From Candidatus Eiseniibacteriota bacterium (lineage in GTDB: Bacteria; Eisenbacteria; RBG-16-71-46; CAIMUX01; VGJL01), in the NCBI GenBank assembly GCA_963792585.1, contig CAWBWI010000004.1:224001-288000 (forward strand): a stretch of 64,000 bases of DNA. Reading direction: 5' to 3'. Below, in pieces: positions 30,752-40,442 of this stretch. Made by a program: the position numbers and the translations under genes. Below the pieces are notes generated by a model that was given only the letters and a program-made list of their open reading frames with translations, ran no database searches and had not been told where the DNA came from. Position 1 is the stretch's first letter. Each line of letters starts with the position of its first letter.

Positions 30752-31759
30752 ATGGGCTTGCATGAGAAGACACTGGACCCATTGCTCAAACTGGGGGATC
30801 TTGCCGCCCGACGCACCCGGTCCGAGCAGATCGAACATGCGATGCGCACAGCGCTGCTGCTGACTGAGGCCGATGCGGCGGTCACGCTGTTGCCTTCGGC
30901 GCGGCGGGGCGAACGCCTGGTCATGCATGCGGGCAGCGCCGTACCGGCCCTCGTCCCCTGCCAGGCATCCGGCAGCGAGGTCGTCCGGTTCTTCGCGGAG
31001 GAGTGCCGACTGCTCGTGCTGGCCGACCTCTCGAAAGAGGCGCGCTGGGCCGCCGGAGACGGCTGCCCCGGAGTCGAGGCCGGGCCGGTGCTGTACACAC
31101 CGCTGCGCCAGCGCGACCCGGCGCTGGGTTACTTTGCAGTGTACCGGCGGTATGGGCGCGCCCGATTCGGCCTGGCCGAAAGCCATATCATGCTGTTCCT
31201 CTCCGCCTGGCTCGGGCTCGCACTCGAGAGCCTTCGCCTCTCGAGCGGCAGGGACAAGCTCGGGGTGACCGACCGGATCACCGAGGTCTACAACACGCGG
31301 TTCCTCACGACGGCACTCCGCCGTGAGCTGCGCCGTGCCAGCCGCTTCGGCCAGGAGTTATCGCTTGTGCGGGTCGGGCTGGATCAACTCGACTCGTTCC
31401 AGGCGGAGCACGGTGAGCTACGGACGAGCGTGGTCCTCAGGGAACTCGCATCCCTGCTCACGAACCAGGTGCGCGCCTTTGATCTCGTGGCGCGCGCCCG
31501 GGGCGACGGCTTCATGCTGATCCTGCCGCAGACCGCGAGGGCGGACGCCATGGATGTGGCCGAGCGCATACGCGCCGCAGTCGAGCGTAACGAGTTCTCC
31601 GCCGGCCCCGTCGGCACGATCACCGCGAGCTTCGGCGTGGTCTCGTTTCCTCAGGATGGGGTGGACGACAAGGCGCTCGTCGCCCTCGTTGAGCGCGCGC
31701 TTGCCCAGGCGCGCCAGCGCGGGCCGAATTGCGTCTACTCGCTCGAGCAGGCGGCGTGA
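30752..31759 (+). CDS. GAF-like + degenerate GGDEF domain protein
   Basis: TDRITEVYNTRF, GLDQLD, ARARGDGFMLILP, ITASFGV, ALAQARQRGPNCV. Confidence 0.85.
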   Translation: MGLHEKTLDPLLKLGDLAARRTRSEQIEHAMRTALLLTEADAAVTLLPSARRGERLVMHAGSAVPALVPCQASGSEVVRFFAEECRLLVLADLSKEARWAAGDGCPGVEAGPVLYTPLRQRDPALGYFAVYRRYGRARFGLAESHIMLFLSAWLGLALESLRLSSGRDKLGVTDRITEVYNTRFLTTALRRELRRASRFGQELSLVRVGLDQLDSFQAEHGELRTSVVLRELASLLTNQVRAFDLVARARGDGFMLILPQTARADAMDVAERIRAAVERNEFSAGPVGTITASFGVVSFPQDGVDDKALVALVERALAQARQRGPNCVYSLEQAA

Positions 31760-32168
31760 ATGTCAACCTGGACCCTAGCCAGCGAGCACTATCCGGATTT
31801 CCTCTCCCGGCGCAGCTCTAGCTGCAAATTAGGCGACACATACGATGTTTCCGGAAGGCACAGGGGCGATTGCGTCGGCGTTCAGAAGGAGAAGGCGCTC
31901 ATGGTGCGTTCGTCCCGGGGCACGGAGGAAATGAAGTCGTTCACCACCTCCGCAGCTCCAAGTCAGCAGCCCGGTCCTCAGACTCCCTGTTCATCTCGAC
32001 GAATCCACAGTCAATCCGCGGACCTTGCGTGCCCCTGCAAAGCTCGCTAAACTGTTTCGTGTTCGTTTGAGTCCACCCGTTCCGTCGGCGGCCGACCCAT
32101 TGTTCCGGTGGTTGTCAGGTCCCCTCGGACCGGCGCACATCCAGGAGATCGCAGCAAGGAGCCGCTGC

Positions 32169-35071
32169 ATGACCCGACTCACCCAGGCGCAACTTAGCCA
32201 AGATTCCATCGGCGTTTCTCTTGTCGCGCGCACCCTCGTCGTCCTCCTCGTCCTCCTCGCGCCGCTAGCTCGCGCCGCGTCGCTGAACCCAGCCGAACCC
32301 TGCGACCTCACCCCTCCCATCGACTACTACGGCAAGTCGATCAACGTCCTCAGGCTGTTGGGACAGGCGGAGCTCTCTGAGACTGGACGCAATCTGGTCA
32401 CCGCGAACGGGATCTATCACGCCCCCGGCGTCGTGGTGGACCGCAACGCTCCCGCCGATCGGCTCTACATCTACGTCGTCGACAGCGGGAACAATCGCAT
32501 CCTTGGGTTCGACATCGATTGTCCGACCGGCACCACCTGTCCGCTGGACGGAACGAGGCCCGCCGACATCGTGCTGGGCCAACCGGACATGGAGACAGCT
32601 TCCTGCAACGGCGACAACAATCTCGGGTTCACGTTGGCTCCGTCCGCATCCTGCCTGTGTCTGCTCGGCTACCCGTTGGCGAACAACACGGCCGAGTCGT
32701 GGATGCGGTTGAACATCGACGTCGACAGCCGAGGGCAATGTCTATGTCCCCGACACCTACAACAACCGAGTGCTCAAGTACAACGCCCCGTTGAGCCCCG
32801 ACAAGACCGGCGGCAAGGGCGATGCCGTTGCGGATCGCGTCTGGGGCCAGGACAGCATGACCTCCAACGGCCGCAACCGGGGCAGCAACTATGGACCGCC
32901 GGACCCGCCCGATGACCATTCGCTCTGGATCAGCTACGGGAACCCGTACTTCGACCACGTCACGTCGAGAGGCGTCTCCGTGGATCCCGACGGAAACGTG
33001 TGGATCGCCGACACGTTCAACAGCCGCGTGCTTCGCTTCCCGCCCGGTTCGTCCCAGGCCGATCTCGTGCTGGGCCAGCCGGATTTCACTTCCTCGGGCT
33101 GCGTGCCGGATGGGCCGCTCGACCGCATGTGCACGCCGACGCTGGCACGGGTGCATCCGACGACGGGCGAGCTCTACGTTCTGGACGAGTTTCCGGCGCC
33201 GTTCTTCGTGCGGATGCTGGTGTTCACGCCGCCGTTCGCCGATGGGATGGCCGCCTCGCGCACGATCGTGCCGCTCGCAGGATGGCCCGTTCACCAACTG
33301 GGACGCGTGGGACGGGATGGGCACGTACCGGTTTCAGTGCACGGGCTTCATCTTCAACCCGTACAAGGTCGGACCCTACGCGGACGGGGAGATCTGGCTC
33401 AACGAGCATTCGAGCAATCGGGCGCTGTTGATCGCCGACGACGGTGCGATCGTGGCCGTGGTCGGCGCACAGAACCAGTACCTGCGCGGCGGCGACTCGG
33501 TCTACTACGCGGGGTGCGGGATCCATCTACGAGGGGAATCATCTCTGGTGGCCCGGAGGCTCCCTCGGCATAGACCTAGCGTGACAACCTCTACCTCGCA
33601 GACGAGTTCTTCTCGACCGTGTACCGCTACGCCTTGCCGTATCTCACCTACCCGTCGGGGGAGAGCATTTGCCTGCCGGACGCCAACGGGGTGCTCTTTC
33701 CGAAGGGGCCGAACCAACAGTCGAACGACCGCCTTGGCGAGTCCGTCGGACTGGCGGTGCACGGCAACCAGCTCTTCGTGCGCGACGAGGGTATGAGGCT
33801 GAAGGTCTACAACGATTACGAGACGAAGGCGTTCGGCGCCGAGGCCGATTACGTCCTGACGGGCGGTTTTCAGGGGCGCAACTGGTTGAGCGGCGGGATC
33901 GACGAGGCGAGCCGGCTCTGGCTATCGGGCGAGCACGGGCAGATCCGGATCTACCAGCTACCGATCACCTCGAGTGCCACGACCCCGATCGCGGATTTCG
34001 TCAAGCTCTACTGGGCCGACACGCAAGACGGAGATCATGCGGGAGGCCGGCGACGCCTGGGTCCAGGTGGGCGCGATGGCATTCGACACGACGAGCCACG
34101 CGCTGTACATCGCGGACGCGGTGGCTACGCGGATCTTCCGCGTCCGCAACTACGAGGAGTTCGCCGACAGCCTCTTCGTGGACATGGTGATCGGCCAGGT
34201 CGACCGCGACGGAGCTGCGCTGCAATCAAGGGCTCGACGCGCCGACGGCGGCGACCCTGTGCGCTGCCACCATGATCAAGGTGGACCGGCACGGCAATCT
34301 CTTCGTGGTAGACAACGCCTACGAGTGTGCCGGCAACCGCCGTATGGTGGTGTTTCGGGCCGAGGATTTAAACGACGCCACAACGATGTTCCCGAACCTC
34401 GCGGCGTGGAAAGTCTTCAATGCGCCGAGCTTCAACGAGATCGGCGACTGCGCGTACTGGACCGTGGACCGACCCGGCTCCCCGGTAAGCATCGCGTTTG
34501 ACAGCCGCAACCGGATGGTTGTGGGGAACGACGGCTACTACGGCGACAACGAGCAGCGACAGCTCAAGCAGCTCTGGTTCTACGAGGACCCGCTGGCCAA
34601 GCAGACGCCCGACGCGTCTATCGAGATGTACATGGGCACCCCCGGCGATCTGGCGTTCGATGAGCACGACAACCTGCTGGTGCAGGACCACACGTGGTAT
34701 CGGGTCATGATGATCAATCTGGACTGCGATCCGGTCTGGTTGGTTCCGACGGTTTCCGCCGTCGACCCGGATCCCGGGACGCCGACCGAGGGATCCGCTG
34801 TTCTCCTGGGGAACAACCCGAACCCGGTCGTCAAGGGAACCGTCATCGCCTATGAGTTGGGTGCCGCGGCCGAGGTGAGCCTCAGGTTGTTCGACGTGGG
34901 GGGCGACTCGTGCGCCTACTGGAGCCGGCGGGAAGGAAAGCGGCCGGGCGTCATGAGGTCACCTGGGACGCGACGGATCGCTTCGGGCGCGAGGTGAACG
35001 CGGGCGTGTACGTATACCGGCTCGAGGTCAACGGAACGAGGCACTCAGGGCGGCTGATCATCGTTCGGTAG
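32169..35071 (+). CDS. Secreted NHL-repeat protein with FlgD-Ig CTD, broken by 7 single-base frameshifts (probably sequence errors)
   Basis: YVVDSGNNRI, ADIVLGQPD, WIADTFNSRVLRF, ADLVLGQPDFTS. Reconstructed C-terminus FDVGGRLVR...WDATDRFGREVNAGVYVYRL...RLIIVR*. Indels at ~32730, 33277, 33519, 33575, 34028, 34210, 34900. Confidence 0.75.
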
Positions 35072-35379
35072 TATGGAACGACGCTAGGTCAAAACAGCGA
35101 TTCATGGGGGTGGTCCTCATTCTCTCCAGAGAGGAGACCGCCTCCTTTTGTTACACCCTCGACTTGGGGGCAAGGAAGGTCGGGCGCTTCGACGATGCGG
35201 TGACAGACGGCCGCCGACCGCATGCAGCAGACCCCGGGACTACCCCGGACGCTGGGGCTCATGCTCGCATAGGCTGCGAATGGCCCCCGAGAGCCTCGAG
35301 TTCGACTACCCCGCGGGCCAGGAGCGAGCTCTTATCGGATACCCAAACCCCGGATGAGCCATGGAACCGCTGCCATGCG

Positions 35380-35686
35380 TCCAACCGCCTTGGGGACTCT
35401 TGCCTTCCCGAGACCTTCGATCGGCTGTTCCACCTCCAGTAGAGCCGGATTCCCTCCCGGTGCCATCGGATGACGGTCTTGGGATGAACGATGGTCAGTG
35501 ACTGCCGCCAGTCAGGCCAGAATCGGGACAGCAGCACCCAGAGGAGGCGCTCTACACTCCTGAGGTGTGGCTTCTCGGCAGGTTGTTGGAAGATAACGAG
35601 TTGATGGCGCAATGCGAGGTTTTCGACGGCCAACGCGCGCTAAGACTGATGGACTGAATCAGGGTGTGGAAGCTGATGGGGAGCAT
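35380..35686 (-). mobile_element. IS481/IS3-like transposase N-terminal remnant
   Basis: AVENLALRHQL...RLLWVLLSRFWPDWRQSLTIVHPKTVIRWHREG.RLYWRW, homologous to the transposase at 60758. Confidence 0.8.
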
Positions 35687-35841
35687 GGAAGCGCCGCTAC
35701 CGAGACGATCTGCTACCCGCAACCAGGCCAAGGAGGACAAGGTTTACAGGACTGGCCCGTCTTGAGTCTTGGCACCCTGAAACCAAGAACCCAGTCGTAA
35801 CGTACTGGCAGCGCCACTGATACCCAGAGGAGGGCGTACCC

Positions 35842-36540
35842 ATGCAGTCTGCGATCGAAATCAAACGCGCCGCCAGACAGGCCGGCTTGCTCTATCTCGT
35901 GATGTCCGTCCTGGCGATGATCAGCTACTTCTATCTCCATCGCCTCTTCGTCATCAAGGGGGATCCCGCGGCCACCGCGCGAAGCATCCTCGCGAATGAG
36001 CAGCTCTATCGATTCAGCATCCTGATCGACCTGGTAGGGGAGTGCCTCTTCGTATTGGTCGTGCTCGCGCTGTACCGCCTGTTCAAGGATGTAGATCGGA
36101 ACCAGACGCGAGTCATGGTTGCGTTGGTTGGAACAGGCATTGCCGCGCAATTCGCGGGCTTCATGTTGAATGCCGCGCCCCTAATGCTCCTGAGCGGCGC
36201 AGATTACCTGTCGGTCTTCAGCCGACAGCAGCTCGAGGCGCTCTCGTACGCATCGCTCAGTCTAGCCGGGAAGCAGGGTGAGCTGCTGACGTCGATCTGG
36301 GGGCTGTGGCTGTTCCCATTCGCGGGGTTGACGATCAAGTCCGGCTTCCTGCCGAAGTTCTTGGGCACACTTCTCATCATCACGGGAATCGCCTATGTGG
36401 TCTCCTGTGTCACTTCGGTCGCATTCCCAGACAATGTCGCCGGCATCTCCAAGTTTCTGCTTCCGCTCTACTTCGGGGAGTTCGTCGTCATCTTGTGGCT
36501 GGCCGTCATCGGCGCCAAGCCACGCGCGGCCGAGGCCTAG
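35842..36540 (+). CDS. DUF4386-like membrane protein
   Basis: ARQAGLLYL, GDPAATARSILANE.LYR, LYRLFKDV, KSGFLPKFLG, GEFVVILWL. Confidence 0.85.
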   Translation: MQSAIEIKRAARQAGLLYLVMSVLAMISYFYLHRLFVIKGDPAATARSILANEQLYRFSILIDLVGECLFVLVVLALYRLFKDVDRNQTRVMVALVGTGIAAQFAGFMLNAAPLMLLSGADYLSVFSRQQLEALSYASLSLAGKQGELLTSIWGLWLFPFAGLTIKSGFLPKFLGTLLIITGIAYVVSCVTSVAFPDNVAGISKFLLPLYFGEFVVILWLAVIGAKPRAAEA

Positions 36541-36825
36541 CATGCGAATGTGAGCATCGGGGAACTTCTGACCGCGGACGAACTCAAGGACAATCCGCAG
36601 CGCGAGGTGAGTGTGACGCTCGCTGGTGGGGCGCGCCCCGCAGCGATTCGGCCTGAGAGGGGTTATCACGATCGAGGTAGACACCTCGGGCACGCACGGA
36701 GTCGGCCAGGCGCGTCTATGGTGGCGCGACGGGCGGATGGCGTAAAGCGGTTCGGCTGGTGCGCCAAGGGCGGCGTGGAGAGCCTTAGCCCCACAGCCGC
36801 CCTTCTTGCCATCGACACACGAGGC

Positions 36826-37524
36826 TCAGCGGTACCGTGCTTTGATGAGGCCCCAGGTGGTCGCGACAATCGGGACAGAACCCGTCTCCGTCACCGATAC
36901 GTCGAAGGAGCCAATGTTGTTATACCACCCGCAGCTGTCCAGCGTACCGAGGAAGAGACGGCGGGCGGCGACCGGAACGACCACCCCCTGGATGGCCCCG
37001 CCCGAAGTGAGCCCGTCCCCGATAAAGAACACCTGCTTGAGAAGGGGAAGAAGTGTGAGGTAGTCACGGCTTGCCGGTGAGCTGAAGTCCAGGTCGGAGG
37101 GAGCCGGACTCGAGTCGGGCTCCTGCTCCGTGAGGAACACGCCCACAAGGCAGTTGGCGGGAGCTCTTACGTTCGAGATGCCGTTCTCCGCGCCCGTGTC
37201 GTGCGACGCAATGTAGGCATTTCCATCGGGCGGATCTAGCGGGAACTGCGGGTCGTTTGCGACGCCGCCGGTCGCAGCGAATGTCAGCACATCCCCAGCG
37301 ACAAGAGCGAGACCATTCACGAGCTGCGGAGATTGTTGGGGCGCGTAGTCGCAGCCGCAAGCGCAACTGGCGCTCGATCCATCCGGCATTCCCGCCAGCC
37401 AGGGATCCGACCACCCCGGGACCGAAAGGTCGATTTGAGCGTGAGCCGCCGGAGAAACCCAGAGCGACAGGACAGCCTGGGCCATGGCGAAACACAAGAA
37501 CGCTGGGATCTTTGCGGTCTGCAT
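36826..37524 (-). CDS. Secreted beta-sandwich protein with C-terminal TTWG motif
   Basis: Signal peptide (AHA/Q). Ends VPIVATTWGLIKARYR*. Confidence 0.8.
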   Translation of the reverse strand: MQTAKIPAFLCFAMAQAVLSLWVSPAAHAQIDLSVPGWSDPWLAGMPDGSSASCACGCDYAPQQSPQLVNGLALVAGDVLTFAATGGVANDPQFPLDPPDGNAYIASHDTGAENGISNVRAPANCLVGVFLTEQEPDSSPAPSDLDFSSPASRDYLTLLPLLKQVFFIGDGLTSGGAIQGVVVPVAARRLFLGTLDSCGWYNNIGSFDVSVTETGSVPIVATTWGLIKARYR

Positions 37525-37625
37525 GCTATGCCTCTCCTTTCCAGGGAATCATCCACCGAACCAGAGCACGGAGGCGAGTACTGCGGCGGGTCCGACGAGG
37601 TGCAGTCGCGCTGCGGCGAACCAGA

Positions 37626-38402
37626 TCACCGGTAACTCGCCTTGATCCTCCCCCAGGTGGTCGGCTCCACAGGCGTCGGCTCGCAGGGATTGGGATCGCA
37701 GGCGGTATCGTCACCCGCGTAGGAACCTCCAGCAGTCGCGCAATCGACCTCCGTCCCGAGAAGGCACGCGCCCGAGGCGAAGCAGCAGGCGCCCATCGGA
37801 GGCCCTGCCGTCTCGACGGTGAAGTCCAGCTGGGTGGTGTCGTAGTAATAAGAGATCGGATCGACCGCGCACTCGATCACATCTCCCGCCTGCACGGTCA
37901 GACGGGTGGTGTAGCCCGCAGGCTGCCAGAGGGTACTGAGCGTGGCCGAGAAGAGTTCTGTGCCGTTGGCGTAGACGCGGACGATGTCGGAGCCGAGATC
38001 CCACATCACGAAATGCGCGGTCAGAAGAACCGTCATGTCTTGTGGTGCTGTCCAGCGGACGACGGTTTGCTGGGTCTGGCCAGGGTGGAAATACGTTGTA
38101 TGCGGTGGGAGATCATAGGTCGATACGCAGTGGTAGGGTTCATCGTGGAAGTTGTACCACACACCGGGGTTCATTTCGCCGTCCCACCACCACCAGAGGT
38201 CACAGTCGTTCAGGGGTGAGTTGTCAGTGAAGAGTGCCAATTGCTGTTCCGGGGTATCCCGCCAACCGAACGACCACACTCCGTTTGGATTCTGGGTCGC
38301 CGAGAAGTCATCCCCTAGGTTCCAGACCTCACCATGGCTGATGACCGGGCATAAGACCAACAGCAGGCAGCCGGCAAGCGCGATTCGCATCTTCATGATC
38401 AT
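37626..38402 (-). CDS. Secreted protein with Cys-rich GACC module and TTWG motif
   Basis: Signal peptide. DDFSATQNPNGVWSFG domain. Ends GACC...CDPNPCEPTPVEPTTWGRIKASYR*. Confidence 0.82.
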   Translation of the reverse strand: MIMKMRIALAGCLLLVLCPVISHGEVWNLGDDFSATQNPNGVWSFGWRDTPEQQLALFTDNSPLNDCDLWWWWDGEMNPGVWYNFHDEPYHCVSTYDLPPHTTYFHPGQTQQTVVRWTAPQDMTVLLTAHFVMWDLGSDIVRVYANGTELFSATLSTLWQPAGYTTRLTVQAGDVIECAVDPISYYYDTTQLDFTVETAGPPMGACCFASGACLLGTEVDCATAGGSYAGDDTACDPNPCEPTPVEPTTWGRIKASYR

Positions 38403-38485
38403 GCTCTCCCCAGAAATACGATGGCATTCCTCGGCGAATGGGAGTGGGGGTGGCCACAAGTTGAATGAGGCGACGTATGGAAAGT

Positions 38486-38676
38486 AGATGCCCCTCGGAC
38501 CTCTCGGGCAAGGGGCTCATCGTGGGCACTATGTGGAACTGCGACCTGCATGCTTGACTCCAGAACCTCGACCCCACGTGAACTGGCCTGCATTAGTCGT
38601 CGCGATAGGGCGGCGAATGCGTCTGGAGAAGTCGCAACAAGGATACCGCCGTTCCCGCAGGAACTCCAGCGGCATT
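38486..38676. repeat. Intergenic repeat B, copy 1 (~191 bp)
   Basis: Colinear and highly similar to 54880-55070. Confidence 0.85.
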
Positions 38677-38679
38677 GCG

Positions 38680-38990
38680 CGCTTCGAGACGCACCATGTA
38701 CTTCGAGAGGGCGCGACCTCGATCCGAGTTTGAGCAGCTCCCATGGATGCGCGGCGCGCCCCAGAGCGTCTTGGCCTCAACATCTGCCGGATGAGATCAC
38801 GAACTTCCTCGGGACTCCGGTCTACAACGCCTTCGATCGGCTCTTCCACCGCCAGAGAGCCGGAATCCTTCGCGGTGCCATCGGATAACGGCTCGGCTAA
38901 CGATGGCCAGCGACGCCGCCAGCCGGTCCAGAACCTGGAGAGCAGGTCCAGAGGCCCATCGTGGCTCGCAGCGTGTTTCTGGCTGTCATT
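38680..38990 (-). mobile_element. Highly decayed IS481/IS3-like transposase remnant
   Basis: Across frames reads LLSRFWTGWR...RWHREGFR...EEVRDLIRQM..LWGAPRIHG.LLKL..IEVA..KYMVR. Confidence 0.7.
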
Positions 38991-39092
38991 GGAGCCAAGG
39001 AGTTGTGGGGAGGCCGATCTCCCGGCGAGGCGCGTGGCTTGCGCAGTCAGAGCGCGGTGTGGTAGTGCGGGCTCGGCGCGGCCGCGGCGTGG

Positions 39093-39157
39093 GCGTTCAC
39101 CACGGAGACGCGATTTCGTGAAGCGCCCTTCCTGGGCATCGCTCATGCTGAGAGCGT
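39093..39157. repeat. Intergenic repeat A, copy 1
   Basis: GCGTTCACCACG...TTTCGTGAAGCG...GGGCATCGCTCATGCTGAGAGCGT. Confidence 0.8.
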
Positions 39158-39232
39158 ACTCATAGGCCACCCCACGTTCGCGAGCCTTGTACTTCTGCGG
39201 CGGCGTCTCCCCGAGGACGTCTGGATCGGGCA

Positions 39233-39979
39233 TCACCGGAACAGCGACTTCACCTCACCCCAGGTCGTGTTCTTTACCGGCGTAGACTCGCACGGATTGG
39301 GATCGCAGGGGGCTTCGTCACCCATATAGCTCCCTCCCGCCTGCTCACAGTCTGCCTCTTGACCCACCAGGCAACCACCCGACGGGAAGCAGCAGGCACC
39401 GACCGTGAATTCGAACATCTCCCACTCCTCGATGATCATCTGCTCGTAGCACCCGCCATAGCCGCCCCAGTTGCTCAGGCCGTAGAGGCGGTAGTAGCGA
39501 TACCCCGTCGTCTTCTGAAAGAAGAACGACTGCCACTCATGCCGATTCGCATACTGCATGAGGCCCTCATGAAGTGGCGTATAGGTGACACCATCGTTTG
39601 AACCTTCAAAACGAAAGTCCTTGAGGCGGAGGTTAGAGTCCCACGTCTCGCTGTAGGCTAGAACCTTAAGTTGCTTCACGGTGCGTGACGCACCGAAATC
39701 GATCTGAACCCAGTGCGGGAAGATCTGGCCAGTCCGCTCGTCCCCAGAGTGCCATGACGCGTATTCCAGACCGAGTTGGTTGTTGGAGACATTCGAAGGA
39801 TCGTACACGCCATACAAGTCGTAGAGCACCGAATCGGCTGTGTGCGGCAGAGATGAATCCGTGATATCTGCCTGGGCCTGCGCCGGTGGGACCGAGGCCA
39901 GCACGAGGGTCATGGCCGTCGCCAAGACGGTCCCAACAAGAGAGAAGCGGGAAATAGAACCAGCGGTTGGGAAGATCAT
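39233..39979 (-). CDS. Secreted discoidin/F5-8C-like protein with GACC module and TTWG motif
   Basis: SWHS...PHWVQIDFG, FRFEGSNDG, YRYYRL. Ends CDPNPCESTPVKNTTWGEVKSLFR*. Confidence 0.85.
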   Translation of the reverse strand: MIFPTAGSISRFSLVGTVLATAMTLVLASVPPAQAQADITDSSLPHTADSVLYDLYGVYDPSNVSNNQLGLEYASWHSGDERTGQIFPHWVQIDFGASRTVKQLKVLAYSETWDSNLRLKDFRFEGSNDGVTYTPLHEGLMQYANRHEWQSFFFQKTTGYRYYRLYGLSNWGGYGGCYEQMIIEEWEMFEFTVGACCFPSGGCLVGQEADCEQAGGSYMGDEAPCDPNPCESTPVKNTTWGEVKSLFR

Positions 39980-40312
39980 TGCACCCTCCGAGGTTATCGA
40001 ATCCCTGGCCTCGTTTCCACGGAGCACGACAACTGCGCGTTCTAGGAAGTTCTGATCCGCTCACCAGGACAAGAGTGTTCTTCACCGACGCAGGGCCGCA
40101 GCTTCGCGCGCTCTATGATACGCTTGGGGGACACGAGGAACCAGCAGTTCGTCGTCCAGCGGATCCGCCCTGCGCGACCCTTCAACCTGGAGACGAGTTG
40201 CCAAAGGACAGAACCTCTTGTTACGCGCGCCCTTCGGGTCATCGAGCGGGTGCGGGCACTCGGAGTCTCGGTTTCCGGTGATTCCCTCGCTCGGCCCATC
40301 GCGATCGCGTGA

Positions 40313-40378
40313 GCGTCCACCACGACAACGCAGTTTCGTGAACCGTCCTCAGCGGGCATCGCTCAGGACGAGAGCGTC
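40313..40378. repeat. Intergenic repeat A, copy 2
   Basis: GCGTCCACCACGAC..CGCAGTTTCGTGAACCGTCCTCAGCGGGCATCGCTCAGGACGAGAGCGTC. Confidence 0.8.
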
Positions 40379-40442
40379 AGAAGGAAGCGTTGTATCGTGG
40401 CCTTCAGGCCTTGGTCGGGCGGCCGCGAGGCAACGTTTTCCC

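Noticed and set aside
40060..40310. Protein-like fragment (VFFTDAG...TRNQQFVVQRIRP)
   Set aside because: Short, frameshifted and unassignable to a family, so too weak to call.
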